From the sequence record DRR723986_1736: a stretch of 34,713 nt of DNA; one strand, 5' to 3'. Of the stretch, positions 1 through 11,398 are shown one piece after another. Within the stretch, counting starts at the first letter, position 1, and each line of letters starts with the position of its first letter. The translations under genes were made by a program, and so were the position numbers. The notes below the pieces were generated by a model. The model saw nothing but the letters and a program-made list of their open reading frames with translations, was not told the DNA's origin and made no database searches.

Positions 1-42
1 CAGGCGCTCAGCCAGGCTCGCGAACAGTGCCCCGGACTGCAT
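1..42 (-). CDS. 5' end of a gene running off the window (MQSGALFASLAERL...), product unknown
   Basis: ATG at 42-40 overlaps the TGA stop (44-42) of the upstream gene (TGATG coupling). The frame is open to the window edge. Confidence 0.5.
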   Translation of the reverse strand, partial: MQSGALFASLAERL

Positions 43-362
43 CAGAGCCCCTGTTCCGTGACCAGCTCGACCAGGTCCCAGGCTGGCTCTTCGTAGGGAT
101 GTGCCTGCTTCAAGGCAGCGACTACCGCCTTGATTTCAGCCGCAGCGCAGACCATTTCTACCCGGTATTCGGCAACCGACGCCAGCTCACCCAGGGTGCC
201 AGTATGCGGATTGCTACCGGTCAGCGGCCTGAACTGCCCCTGGCCAGGAACCTGCCAGCAGCAGCGATCATAGCTGCCGATACGCCCGGCTCCCGCCGTA
301 AAAACCGCGTCTTTTACCGCCTCGAGATGGGACGCCGGAACATAGAAGCCGAGCTTGTACAT
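42..362 (-). CDS. YqfO/NIF3-related small protein (stand-alone PII/CutA-like domain of the DUF34/NIF3 family)
   Basis: Characteristic motifs KLGFYVP, AGAGRIGSYDRCCW, GQGQFRPL and AHPYEEPAWD. Starts 1 nt after the tgt stop. Confidence 0.85.
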   Translation of the reverse strand: MYKLGFYVPASHLEAVKDAVFTAGAGRIGSYDRCCWQVPGQGQFRPLTGSNPHTGTLGELASVAEYRVEMVCAAAEIKAVVAALKQAHPYEEPAWDLVELVTEQGL

Positions 363-363
363 C

Positions 364-2549
<2,186 letters not shown>

Positions 2550-2561
2550 GGCATCACAGGC

Positions 2562-2587
2562 AAAAAAGCCGGCGCTGGGCCGGCTTT
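2562..2587 (-). terminator. Rho-independent terminator of the small acidic protein gene
   Basis: Stem AAAGCCGGC/GCCGGCTTT with a 5-nt loop, ending in a T6 run on the minus strand, about 18 nt after the stop codon. Confidence 0.75.
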
Positions 2588-2604
2588 CGTCAGCAGCGAG
2601 AGGA

Positions 2605-2892
2605 TCACTTTTCCTCGTCGCCCGCCTCTTCTTCTGCGGCGGCTTCTTCTGCAGGCGCTTCTTCCTCTGCGGCTTCTTCCTCAGCTGCAGCTTCAGTTGC
2701 TTCTTCTTCCGCGGGGGCTTCCTCGGCCGCGGGCGCCGGGGTAGCGGCCGTGATCAGGCCTTCTTCGACCAGAATACGCACCTTGTCGTCACCATTGACC
2801 GGATTCTTGTTGGCGTCCTTGACGGCATAGCGCTCATCGCTGCGCTTGAAGATGCTGTAGCTGTCGGTTTTCTTGACCAGTTTCATAGCCAT
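2605..2892 (-). CDS. Small hypothetical protein: basic N-terminal domain plus Ala/Glu-rich acidic tail
   Basis: Within ORF 2605..2925. Start placed at ATG 2892 because of a GGGAG Shine-Dalgarno just upstream. Has its own promoter and terminator. Confidence 0.8.
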   Translation of the reverse strand: MAMKLVKKTDSYSIFKRSDERYAVKDANKNPVNGDDKVRILVEEGLITAATPAPAAEEAPAEEEATEAAAEEEAAEEEAPAEEAAAEEEAGDEEK

Positions 2893-2960
2893 GCTCTTTT
2901 CTCCCTGGATACTCAGATATGTCACACCGGACAGGAGCAGCAGCTCGCCGCCGGCAATTC

Positions 2961-2996
2961 GGCGCGCATTCTACAGACAAAGGCTGGCGGGGTTAA
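2961..2996 (-). promoter_or_regulatory. Putative sigma70 promoter for the small acidic protein gene
   Basis: Minus strand TTAACC-N17-TAGAAT followed by the GC-rich discriminator GCGCGCC. Confidence 0.55.
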
Positions 2997-3006
2997 GGGA
3001 AATTTA

Positions 3007-3041
3007 TTGCACTGGCAGGGGCGGTTGCTATAATCCCGCGC
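3007..3041 (+). promoter_or_regulatory. sigma70 stable-RNA-type promoter of tRNA-Leu
   Basis: TTGCAC(3007-3012)-N16-TATAAT(3029-3034), an extended -10 TG and a GC-rich discriminator CCCGCGC. Confidence 0.7.
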
Positions 3042-3079
3042 TCGCCAGCGACCTGCCCTCGGGCTCGTCGACTACCCCT

Positions 3080-3166
3080 GCCGGAGTGGTGAAATTGGTA
3101 GACACAGGGGATTCAAAATCCCCCGCCGTAAAAAGCGTGCCGGTTCGAGTCCGGCCTCCGGTACCA
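3080..3166 (+). tRNA. tRNA-Leu(CAA)
   Basis: 87-nt cloverleaf: acceptor GCCGGAG/CTCCGGT, D-loop GAAATTGGTAGAC, anticodon arm GGGGA-TTCAAAA-TCCCC, long variable arm, GGTTCGAGTCC and an encoded CCA. Confidence 0.97.
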
Positions 3167-3225
3167 TCTTAAGCCTTGCTTGAAGCCGCAACCCGGTACC
3201 AAACAGACTAGCGCGGCAGGCTTGC

Positions 3226-3272
3226 GCGTACCGGCCGATGTGTCGGACCATCGACTCCGGCCTCCGGTACCA
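3226..3272 (+). repeat. Direct repeat of the tRNA-Leu 3' end (tRNA-linked repeat or att-like scar)
   Basis: 3251-3272 TCGACTCCGGCCTCCGGTACCA matches 3145-3166 at 21/22. 3226-3234 GCGTACCGG matches 3135-3143 at 8/9. Confidence 0.8.
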
Positions 3273-3294
3273 ATAACTCACGGCGAGAACTCAC

Positions 3295-3582
3295 ATGCTG
3301 ACCCTTGCCCTGTTGCTGATCGTGTTTTACGTCCTCGCTCTGGGTGTGGGCATGCACGTGGCACGACACGTCGGCCTCTACCTGCTGATCGCTGCGGTCG
3401 CCGTGCTACCCATTCTGGTTTTCTCCGCGTTTTACGGCAGTAGTGGCAACCCGGTCTGGATCCTGTTTACCGATCTGCTGGGAGATCAGCAGGCCCAGCA
3501 CGCGGGCCTGCATGCCGCGGCGCTGCTCCTCGGATGCCTGCACGGCCTGGTGCTACAGCTGCGGCGCGGTGGCCGCCGGTAA
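3295..3582 (+). CDS. Small hypothetical membrane protein (about 3 TM segments)
   Basis: 95-aa hydrophobic ORF with GGCGAG upstream. It fills the gap between the tRNA and the convergent hydrolase. Confidence 0.65.
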   Translation: MLTLALLLIVFYVLALGVGMHVARHVGLYLLIAAVAVLPILVFSAFYGSSGNPVWILFTDLLGDQQAQHAGLHAAALLLGCLHGLVLQLRRGGRR

Positions 3583-3587
3583 CTGAT

Positions 3588-4373
3588 CTAGCGACACCCG
3601 GCTTCTACCCGGCTTAGCAACTCGTCGAGAGTTGCCTGCAGGCGAGCAATTTCCGCCGTTGCGGACAGGCGGTGGTCGCCATTTTTTATCAGAATCACTT
3701 CCACATCGGTGCTGGTGAGCCGCTCCGCCAGCGCCAGGGACAGACGCCAGGGAACATCCTGGTCGCGTTGGCCGTGCAACAGCCGCACAGGCCCGCTAAA
3801 AGGTATCTCCTGCCCCAGCAACAGGTGCTGGCGACCCTCATCGAACAGTTGCCTGCCGATAGTGTGCGGCTTGCCATCGCCGTAATCATTGGGCAACTCG
3901 CAGTAGCCTGTTGCCCGCAGCGCTTCCAACTGCCCGGCACCCAGTCGCTGGCGGCGAAGCCGCTCAGTAAAATCAGGCGCGGAGGCGATGCCCAGCAATC
4001 CTGCCACCCGCTGTGGCCGGCACAAGGCGGTGAGCAGCATCAGCCAGCCGCCCATGGAGGAACCTACCAACACCTGTGGCCCTGTGGTGACCTGGTCCAA
4101 CACGGCGAGCGCATCGTCGCGCCACTGGCCGATGCTTCCCTGCTCAAAGCGACCGCCCGATTGGCCATGGCCGCTGTAATCAAAACGGGTGAACTGCTGG
4201 CCGCGGGCTACGCACCACTGCTCAAGTGCCCGCGCTTTCGTTCCCTGCATGTCCGAGTTAAAGCCGGCAAGGAACAGCACGCCTGGAGATTCCCCGCCGT
4301 GGTGGACGTAGGCCAGCGTTTCACCATCAGAACGATGAAGTTGTTGTACCGCCGCGTGCCCGGGACTGGTCAC
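3588..4373 (-). CDS. Alpha/beta hydrolase (ABHD10-like esterase)
   Basis: GFNSDMQGTKA, RFDYSGHGQS, nucleophile elbow VGSSMGG, LLHGQRDQDVP, GDHRLS. Confidence 0.9.
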   Translation of the reverse strand: MTSPGHAAVQQLHRSDGETLAYVHHGGESPGVLFLAGFNSDMQGTKARALEQWCVARGQQFTRFDYSGHGQSGGRFEQGSIGQWRDDALAVLDQVTTGPQVLVGSSMGGWLMLLTALCRPQRVAGLLGIASAPDFTERLRRQRLGAGQLEALRATGYCELPNDYGDGKPHTIGRQLFDEGRQHLLLGQEIPFSGPVRLLHGQRDQDVPWRLSLALAERLTSTDVEVILIKNGDHRLSATAEIARLQATLDELLSRVEAGCR

Positions 4374-5413
4374 GCGATACCCCGCACTGCAGCCTGGCGT
4401 CGCCAGGCGGCGGGCGAGGTACCGAACCAGCGCCGGAACGCGCGACCGAAGTTGGCCGGTTCCCGGTACCCAAGCATTTCCGCTACCTCGGCCACGGTGA
4501 ACTGCGCACGGGCCAGTAATCGGCTTGCCGCATCGCGCCGCAACTCTTCGAGAATATCCCGGAAAGCCGTGTCCTCCCTAGCAAGACGCCGGATCAGGGT
4601 ACGGGGCGTGGTATGCAGGGCGCGGGCTACCTCCTCCAAACCCGGCGGGGCAGCCGGGCCAGATTGTCGCGTCCTCTGGGTGTCGAAATGGTTCGCCAGG
4701 ATTGAGCGCACCGCAAAGGCCACGCTGTTGCGGGACTCACGCAAGGCGATGATTTCGCGGCACTTGATAATATTGTCGCGGTACATCACCTCATCGTGCA
4801 GGGGCGATGGCAAGCGGCGCCAGGCGATCGGCACGGATATCCTTGTGTCTGGTGCATCAAAAACCACCTGGCCATCAAACGCGCTGCGTAGCGCCTTAGC
4901 ATCTGCGGGCGCCGGGTGCGCAAAGGCGATCCGGACATTGGGGCCTACCGGGTGACCGAGAATGGCAGCGAGCAGTGATTCGGCAATTCGCATGACGATT
5001 TCGTTTATCCGCTGCGCGAACTCAACATCTCCGGTCCGGTCGCTGACTGCCAGGGCATAGTACTCACCGTCTTGTTCGGTGCGAGCCGATAGGGCGTTGT
5101 TCCGCACCGAGTAATAGGTACCCAGCACATCAAGCGAATCCCCCAGAGTGGGCGCGCTCAGCGCCGCGAACCCCAGGGGACCATGGGCAACAATGTTGAA
5201 CTGATTGCCTACGCGGGCCGCCCAGTCAGGCGAAGGCGCTGCTGCGGCATAATTGCGAAAGATTGCCGCAAGGATCTTCCACGACAGGAAATCGGCGTCA
5301 GCAAGCTCCGCCTGGCTGATACCGACCCCATCCAGCAAGGTGCTTGCCTCGACCGCACCGGACTGCAGGATCAGGCGGGCATAGGCCGCAGAAAGTTCGA
5401 GATCGCGTTCCAT
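4370..5413 (-). CDS. AraC family transcriptional regulator (OruR-like N-terminal ligand domain)
   Basis: HGPLGFAALSAPTLGDSL in the N-domain. C-terminal HTHs LEEVARALHTTPRTLIRRL and LGYREPANFGRAFRRWFGTSP. Confidence 0.92.
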   Translation of the reverse strand: MERDLELSAAYARLILQSGAVEASTLLDGVGISQAELADADFLSWKILAAIFRNYAAAAPSPDWAARVGNQFNIVAHGPLGFAALSAPTLGDSLDVLGTYYSVRNNALSARTEQDGEYYALAVSDRTGDVEFAQRINEIVMRIAESLLAAILGHPVGPNVRIAFAHPAPADAKALRSAFDGQVVFDAPDTRISVPIAWRRLPSPLHDEVMYRDNIIKCREIIALRESRNSVAFAVRSILANHFDTQRTRQSGPAAPPGLEEVARALHTTPRTLIRRLAREDTAFRDILEELRRDAASRLLARAQFTVAEVAEMLGYREPANFGRAFRRWFGTSPAAWRRQAAVRGIA

Positions 5414-5593
5414 CGGCCCACTGTACGCCAGGCTGTCACTAAATGACCAGCGGCGACTGTAATCCGGACCGAGCCCGCCGCCACTCGTGCGAATGGACCA
5501 TTTTCAAGGCTCGCCCAGCCGGTCTATAGTAGGCGTGGCCGCCAGCGGGCGGAACAACCGCTGACACAGGAATATTTAGAATGGGAGAACCCG

Positions 5594-6730
5594 GTGCGAA
5601 ACAGCTGGATGACGGTGGTGGCCTGTATGATCGGCCTCACCCTGGCGAGTGCCCTTGTCGTGGCTGAAGGTGAGCAGACCTGGCACCAGGTGGTCGCAAC
5701 CCGCTTCGGTGATCGCGATGTCATGGAGTGGCAAGCCGTAGTCGGCCTGCCCCAACCCGGCCCCGGGGAGGTCCGGATTCGGGTGCTCGCGGCCAGCGCT
5801 TCGTTTACCGACATCATCGTCCGCAAGGGCCTCTACGCTGAGATCAGTGAAGAAGCACCGCTGGTGCCGGGTTACGACCTGGTCGGCGTCATTGATGCCA
5901 TCGGCGAGGGCGTAACAGACTTCAGCCTCGGGCAGCGGGTCGCCGACCTCAGCGTCTGGGGGGCTTACACCGAGTACGCCATCCGGCCAACAAACTACCT
6001 GGTACCCGTACCAGAGCAACTCGATCCAGCGGACGCGGTCAGCCTGATCCTGTCCTACACCACTGCATACCAGATGCTGCACCGGGAAACAGACCTTGCC
6101 GAAGGTGACAGCATCCTGGTGCACGGGGCCAGCGGCGCCGTGGGCAGTGCACTGACACAGTTGGCAAGGCTTGAGAAACTCCGGGTTTTCGGTACCGCAT
6201 CGGCGGGCAAACACGCCTATGTCGAAGACCTGGGTGCCGACCCCATCGACTACCGCAACGAAGATTTCGAGCGAGTCATTGCCGCCGCTACCGGAGGAGC
6301 CGGTGTGGATGCCGCCTTCGACGCGGTCAGCCTGGATAATTTCCGTCGCTCCTACGCAGCCCTGGGCGACAAGGGCGTTCTCGTTACCTATGGTCTTTAC
6401 CGTGCCAGCCTCGATGCCGAACCGGAGAAACTCTGGCGCATCGCCAGGGAATTCTTCGCTTTCCAGTGGCAGAAAGCCGTCTGGCGCTGGTTCGGGTCAG
6501 CGCAAAAAACGGTAAGCTTCTACTCGATTACCGACATGCGCGAACAGCATCCCGACTGGTTTCGCGAGGACCTCACAGCGCTGTTCCAGCTGCTGGCGCA
6601 GGGTGATATCGACCCGCAGGTCTGGCGGGTGATGCCACTGGAGCAAGCCAGCGAGGCGCATCGCCTGATAGAGGAAGGCGAGGTCGAAGGTAAAATCGTG
6701 CTCCACGTGGCGGACCCCACTCCCCGCTAG
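5594..6730 (+). CDS. Medium-chain dehydrogenase/reductase, Zn-free quinone-reductase-like
   Basis: PGPGEVRIRV, PLVPGYDLVG, Rossmann motif ILVHGASGAVG and C-terminal GKIVL. Divergent from the AraC gene. Confidence 0.88.
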   Translation: MRNSWMTVVACMIGLTLASALVVAEGEQTWHQVVATRFGDRDVMEWQAVVGLPQPGPGEVRIRVLAASASFTDIIVRKGLYAEISEEAPLVPGYDLVGVIDAIGEGVTDFSLGQRVADLSVWGAYTEYAIRPTNYLVPVPEQLDPADAVSLILSYTTAYQMLHRETDLAEGDSILVHGASGAVGSALTQLARLEKLRVFGTASAGKHAYVEDLGADPIDYRNEDFERVIAAATGGAGVDAAFDAVSLDNFRRSYAALGDKGVLVTYGLYRASLDAEPEKLWRIAREFFAFQWQKAVWRWFGSAQKTVSFYSITDMREQHPDWFREDLTALFQLLAQGDIDPQVWRVMPLEQASEAHRLIEEGEVEGKIVLHVADPTPR

Positions 6731-6771
6731 CACGGGGCGCAAAACGACACCGGACAAGGGGATAGGCCAGC

Positions 6772-8295
6772 ATGGAAGCAATCCACAGCTTTGTCGTCGG
6801 ATTTCTGGAGATCAGCGTGCTGGTCTTCGCCTTCCTGGTGGGGATCGCGGTACTCGCGGTGCTCTACATGTATGTCGCCGACGTCACCCAGACCCGGCAG
6901 GCCATTCGTAGAAACTACCCGGTCATTGGCCGTTTTCGCTACTTCTTCGAACATCTGGGCGAGTTTTTCCGCCAGTATTTTTTCGCCCAGGACCGGGAGG
7001 AATTGCCGTTCAACCGCGCCCAGCGCTCCTGGGTCTACCGCGCCGCCAAGAACGTCGACTCCACCGTGGCATTCGGTTCGACCCATCCGCTCAATGTGCC
7101 GGGTGATTTCATCTTCCTCAACGGCCTCTTCCCGCCGCTGGAGGATGCCGTCAATGGCCGCGCCGCTATTACATTCGGCGCGGGCTATGCCGCACACCCT
7201 TACGAGACCACATCCTTCTTTAACATCTCCGCCATGAGTTTCGGCGCCCTGTCGGCACCGGCCATTCGCGCGCTATCGCACGGTGCCGCACAGGCCGGTA
7301 TCTGGCTGAATACGGGTGAAGGGGCTATTTCGCCCTATCACCTCGAGGGCGGTTGCGACATCGTCTTCCAGATCGGCACCGCCAAGTACGGATGCAGGGA
7401 CGACTCCGGGCAACTCTCGGATGACAAACTGCGTGCTATTGCCGCTCATGGCCAGGTGCGTATGTTCGAGATAAAGCTGTCCCAGGGCGCCAAACCCGGC
7501 AAGGGCGGCATCCTGCCCGCAGCCAAGGTGACCGAGGTGATTGCCAGCACCCGCGGCATCCCCCAGGGACAGGACTCGATCAGTCCCAACCGCCACCCGG
7601 AGATCGCCAGCATCGAGGATCTGCTTACCATGATCCACCGGGTTCGGGAGGTCACCGGCAAACCCACCGGCATCAAGTGCGTGATTGGGCAGCGTGAATG
7701 GCTGGACGAGTTCTGCCGCCAGATTCATGAGCGCGGCCTGGCCTACGCACCCGACTTCATCACCATCGACAGCGCGGACGGGGGCACCGGGGCCGCGCCG
7801 CAAAGCCTGATCGATTACATGGGCCTGCCCATCAAACGCAGCCTGCCCATGGTGGTCGATAAACTTGTGGAGTACGGTCTGCGTTCGCGTATCCGGGTGA
7901 TCTGCTCCGGGAAGCTCATCAACCCGGCCGGCGCGGCTGCCGCACTGTGCCTGGGAGCTGATTGCGTGAACTCGGCGCGGGGCTTCATGTTTGCCCTGGG
8001 ATGCGTCCAGGCCCTGCAGTGCAATAAAAACACCTGCCCCACCGGGATAACCACCCATGACAAGGACCTGCAGCGCGGGCTGGATCCGCGCAACAAGGCA
8101 ACGCGGGTTGCCAGTTATGCCCGCAACCTGGTCCACGAGGTCGAGATTATCTCTCACAGCTGCGGCGTCCTTGAGCCTGGTCAGCTGCGCCGGGAACACG
8201 CCCAGATCATCAATGAACAGGGGCTTCCGGAGCCACTGGTTGAGGTATACCCCCACGCAACCACCTTGCCCCAGTACCAGCACCTGCTGTCCTGA
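6772..8295 (+). CDS. FMN-binding glutamate synthase family protein with N-terminal membrane anchor
   Basis: AMSFGALS, NTGEG, EIKLSQGAKPGKGGILP, DGGTGAAP and the 3Fe-4S motif GCVQALQCNKNTCPTGITT. Confidence 0.92.
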   Translation: MEAIHSFVVGFLEISVLVFAFLVGIAVLAVLYMYVADVTQTRQAIRRNYPVIGRFRYFFEHLGEFFRQYFFAQDREELPFNRAQRSWVYRAAKNVDSTVAFGSTHPLNVPGDFIFLNGLFPPLEDAVNGRAAITFGAGYAAHPYETTSFFNISAMSFGALSAPAIRALSHGAAQAGIWLNTGEGAISPYHLEGGCDIVFQIGTAKYGCRDDSGQLSDDKLRAIAAHGQVRMFEIKLSQGAKPGKGGILPAAKVTEVIASTRGIPQGQDSISPNRHPEIASIEDLLTMIHRVREVTGKPTGIKCVIGQREWLDEFCRQIHERGLAYAPDFITIDSADGGTGAAPQSLIDYMGLPIKRSLPMVVDKLVEYGLRSRIRVICSGKLINPAGAAAALCLGADCVNSARGFMFALGCVQALQCNKNTCPTGITTHDKDLQRGLDPRNKATRVASYARNLVHEVEIISHSCGVLEPGQLRREHAQIINEQGLPEPLVEVYPHATTLPQYQHLLS

Positions 8296-8568
8296 GCAGC
8301 TCCCTGGCGACGTTTTTTACCCTGGCGCAGGCGAAAAATTGCCTTAAAAATCTTGGCTTTAGCGGCAATCCCTAATTGCGGCTCCAGAATCGGCATGATA
8401 GCGTTTTCGTAGGCGAACATCGCGATCGGCAGGCGGTTAGTGGCACCGTGTCCCGATGCGCCAATAAGACCGGTACCTCAGGGGAAGCCGGGCAAACGAG
8501 GTAGCAATGATCGAGCAGCAGACAACAACCGGCAGCCGGGCAGGCACATACCCGGGAGATGCGACAGC

Positions 8569-10902
8569 GTGACAATCGCGGGCAGGATCAACATCCTGAT
8601 ATCCCTGATTGCCATTCTGGGCGGCGCTCTGCTGACTATCTTCATTGGCCAGCGGGAATACCTCTACCAGCGGGAAGAGCTGGTGCGCCAGGTGGCTGCC
8701 CAGGTAGCGAGCCAGCCGCAACTGCAGCTGGCCATCTACTACCGGGACCAGGAGCAGCTGGATGCGTCCCTGGACGAATTCCTGGGCCTCTCACAGGCCA
8801 TCGGTTCTGCCCGCCTGTATGACAGCCAGGGCGCTCTGCTTGCACGACGCGACCGGGATTGGGCGGCCGGCGGGCGCCCCGAGCGACTGCGAGACCTGCG
8901 CGCCGAGGCATCGCCGCTGCTGCAGACCACCAGCACCCAGCGAGCGAGGAGCATACCCCCGGGACAGTCACTGATGGCGCTGCTGACCTTTGGCGAGCGC
9001 AGGCACTCGGTCACTATCCCGATCACCTCGGTCATCAACCCCCTGGAGGAAGGCGTATCGCGGGTGGCGTTCGGGGCCGCGCTGGCAGATCCCCGGCGGG
9101 TCAACAGCCTGTTCGTTACCGCCTACATCGACGTGGGCATGAGCAGTTCAATCCTGCGCGCCCAGACCATGCCCACGGTGGCGGCCTCTGCCTCACTCGG
9201 CCTGGGATTTGTGCTGTTTGCGGCCATCATCGCGGTGATTATCACCCGGCGAATCACCTCGCCCCTGGCGCGGCTGGCGAGCGTGGCGGACGATATCGCC
9301 TCCGGGAAGATGGTCGAGAAAGTCAGTGAGGCCGGTGCGCTGGAGGTGGCGGAAATCGCCAAGGTCCTGAACGGCATCATAAGCGGCTTGCACACCTACA
9401 AGACACGGATGGACGTGGACCATCAGCTGCTCAGCATGAAAGTTGAGGAACGTACCCAGCAGTTATCAAAGCGCAACGAGGAACTGAACAAGGCGGTCAA
9501 GCAGGTGACCGAAACCAAGGACCGGCTGCGCCAGATGGCCTACTTCGACAGCCTGACCTCGCTGCCCAACCGCCGGCTGTTTTCCGAGCAACTTGGTCTG
9601 TTACTGCGCATGGCGCGGCGCAGCAAGCAGATGCTCGCCCTGCTGTTCCTGGACCTCGACAACTTCAAGCGCATCAACGATTCTCTGGGCCACAATGCCG
9701 GGGACCAGCTGCTAAGGGAAGTCGCACGCCGCCTGTCGAGCTGTGTCCGGGAAAGCGACGTGGTGGCGCACTATGTCGACTCGGAGTCGCGCATCGATGT
9801 ATCGCGCCTTGGCGGTGACGAGTTCACCGTCGTTCTTAACCAGATCGACCGCAGTGAGTCCGCCGCAGTAGTAGCGCAGCGCCTGCTGAACACGCTGACC
9901 CAACCGATCGTCATCGACGGACATGAACTGGTGGTAACGCCAAGTATCGGTATCGCCATGGCCCCCAAGGATGGCGGGGATGTGGAGGGCCTGCTGAAAG
10001 CTGCAGATACTGCGATGTACCACGCCAAGAAAATGGGCAAGAATAACTTTCTGTTCTACGACAGCGCCATGGACGCCGCGGGGGTCGAGCGTTTGCGCCT
10101 GGAGACCGAGTTACGCCGCGCCGTTGAACGCAAGCAGTTGCTGCTGCATTACCAGCCCCAGGTCGATACCCACACGGGCTGCGTGGTGGGTGCCGAAGCG
10201 CTATTGCGCTGGCAGCACCCGGACCACGGTCTCGTATCGCCTTATAAATTCATTCCCATCGCCGAGGAAATCGGCATCATCGGCGAACTGGGTGAATGGG
10301 GCTTACGCGAAGCATGCCGCCAACTGCGGGAGTTCCGCGACCAGGGCTATGACCTGCCCAAGGTGTCGGTCAATGTGTCGGCTCTGCAGTTCACCCCCGG
10401 ATTTATCAACTCGATCAGTGACGTGCTGCAGGCCTCCGACCTGCCGCCGGAGGCCCTTGAGCTGGAATTGACCGAGGGCATCATGATGGACGACAACCGC
10501 ACAACCATTGAAGCGCTGGAGTCGCTCAAGCGCCTCGGGGTTCGGCTCTCCATCGACGATTTTGGCACCGGCTATTCGTCACTCAGCTACCTGACCCGGT
10601 TTCCCCTGGATGAACTCAAGATCGACCGCAGCTTCGTTGTCGACCTCGACAAGGGTGAACACAACGCCAACCTGGTGGCGGCCATTATTGCTATGGCTAA
10701 CAGCCTCAACCTGGAGCTGGTGGCTGAAGGAGTGGAGACGCGGCAACAGTATCGCTTCCTCACCGAGCACGGCGCTGCAGTCATCCAGGGCTACCTGTTC
10801 AGCAAGCCGGTGCCTGCGGAGGAATTGCGCCCACTGCTACGTGAAAGCTATTTCGATCACCAGATCCGGCAGATCAACCGCGACCTTGATGCGGCCTCCT
10901 GA
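8569..10902 (+). CDS. Membrane-bound sensor diguanylate cyclase/phosphodiesterase (2TM-HAMP-GGDEF-EAL)
   Basis: Two TM helices, a HAMP region, DSLTSLPNR, SRLGGDEF, GAEALLRW and DDFGTGYSSLSYL. Start placed at GTG 8569 after GGGAG; the ORF is open from 8440. Confidence 0.92.
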   Translation: MTIAGRINILISLIAILGGALLTIFIGQREYLYQREELVRQVAAQVASQPQLQLAIYYRDQEQLDASLDEFLGLSQAIGSARLYDSQGALLARRDRDWAAGGRPERLRDLRAEASPLLQTTSTQRARSIPPGQSLMALLTFGERRHSVTIPITSVINPLEEGVSRVAFGAALADPRRVNSLFVTAYIDVGMSSSILRAQTMPTVAASASLGLGFVLFAAIIAVIITRRITSPLARLASVADDIASGKMVEKVSEAGALEVAEIAKVLNGIISGLHTYKTRMDVDHQLLSMKVEERTQQLSKRNEELNKAVKQVTETKDRLRQMAYFDSLTSLPNRRLFSEQLGLLLRMARRSKQMLALLFLDLDNFKRINDSLGHNAGDQLLREVARRLSSCVRESDVVAHYVDSESRIDVSRLGGDEFTVVLNQIDRSESAAVVAQRLLNTLTQPIVIDGHELVVTPSIGIAMAPKDGGDVEGLLKAADTAMYHAKKMGKNNFLFYDSAMDAAGVERLRLETELRRAVERKQLLLHYQPQVDTHTGCVVGAEALLRWQHPDHGLVSPYKFIPIAEEIGIIGELGEWGLREACRQLREFRDQGYDLPKVSVNVSALQFTPGFINSISDVLQASDLPPEALELELTEGIMMDDNRTTIEALESLKRLGVRLSIDDFGTGYSSLSYLTRFPLDELKIDRSFVVDLDKGEHNANLVAAIIAMANSLNLELVAEGVETRQQYRFLTEHGAAVIQGYLFSKPVPAEELRPLLRESYFDHQIRQINRDLDAAS

Positions 10903-10929
10903 ACAGCAGGCCGCAAGTAGCTATCGCTG

Positions 10930-11217
10930 TCAGGCTTCTTTCTGCTTGATTTCACCGCCCTGGGCCAGCACCTGGGCTTTCTTGACCTCCTGAACCTGCC
11001 GCAGGTTCTGACGGTAGGCATCGGTGATCTTCTCGATGCCGGTGTCGTTCAGGCCGCCAGTGTTACCGGCGACGGAATAGGTCACGTAATACGCTGAGGC
11101 TGTCATCATCGCCCACGAAACGACCTCGGTGGGCACACCGCCGTTTTTCATGGTGTTGGCCAGCTCGATGAACTGGTTCATGCATTCGTGGTGCTGGTCG
11201 CTCTGGGAGTCGGACAT
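10930..11217 (-). CDS. DUF3144-like small protein
   Basis: MNQFIELAN...VSWAMMTASAYY pattern. ATG 11217 is preferred; the ORF is open from 11289. Confidence 0.7.
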   Translation of the reverse strand: MSDSQSDQHHECMNQFIELANTMKNGGVPTEVVSWAMMTASAYYVTYSVAGNTGGLNDTGIEKITDAYRQNLRQVQEVKKAQVLAQGGEIKQKEA

Positions 11218-11398
11218 CGTGTGGTTCCATTCAGTCAGGTCTAGAAAGCGTGGAAGTTTACCATCTACGGCCTGAATCGACATGCCCACCGCTACCTTGA
11301 GCGAGCCGGGCTTGCGCCATCCCGCGTCAACGTTGACCCGCCGGTGGTGCTCTGCTATTCCTTATAACTAATAACAATTATTTGAAGATCAATAACTT

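Noticed and set aside
3672-4955. 427-aa plus-strand ORF
   Set aside because: It is antisense to the well-supported hydrolase and AraC genes, has no recognisable motifs, and is typical of high-GC DNA.
7273-8283. 336-aa minus-strand ORF (likewise 11378..12487, 28445..29332, 32370..33329)
   Set aside because: These are shadow ORFs opposite clearly identified genes.
9745-9825. ~13-aa insertion between RESD and SRLGGDEF in the GGDEF domain
   Set aside because: In my experience such loop insertions are common in GGDEF-EAL hybrids, and the catalytic motifs are intact.
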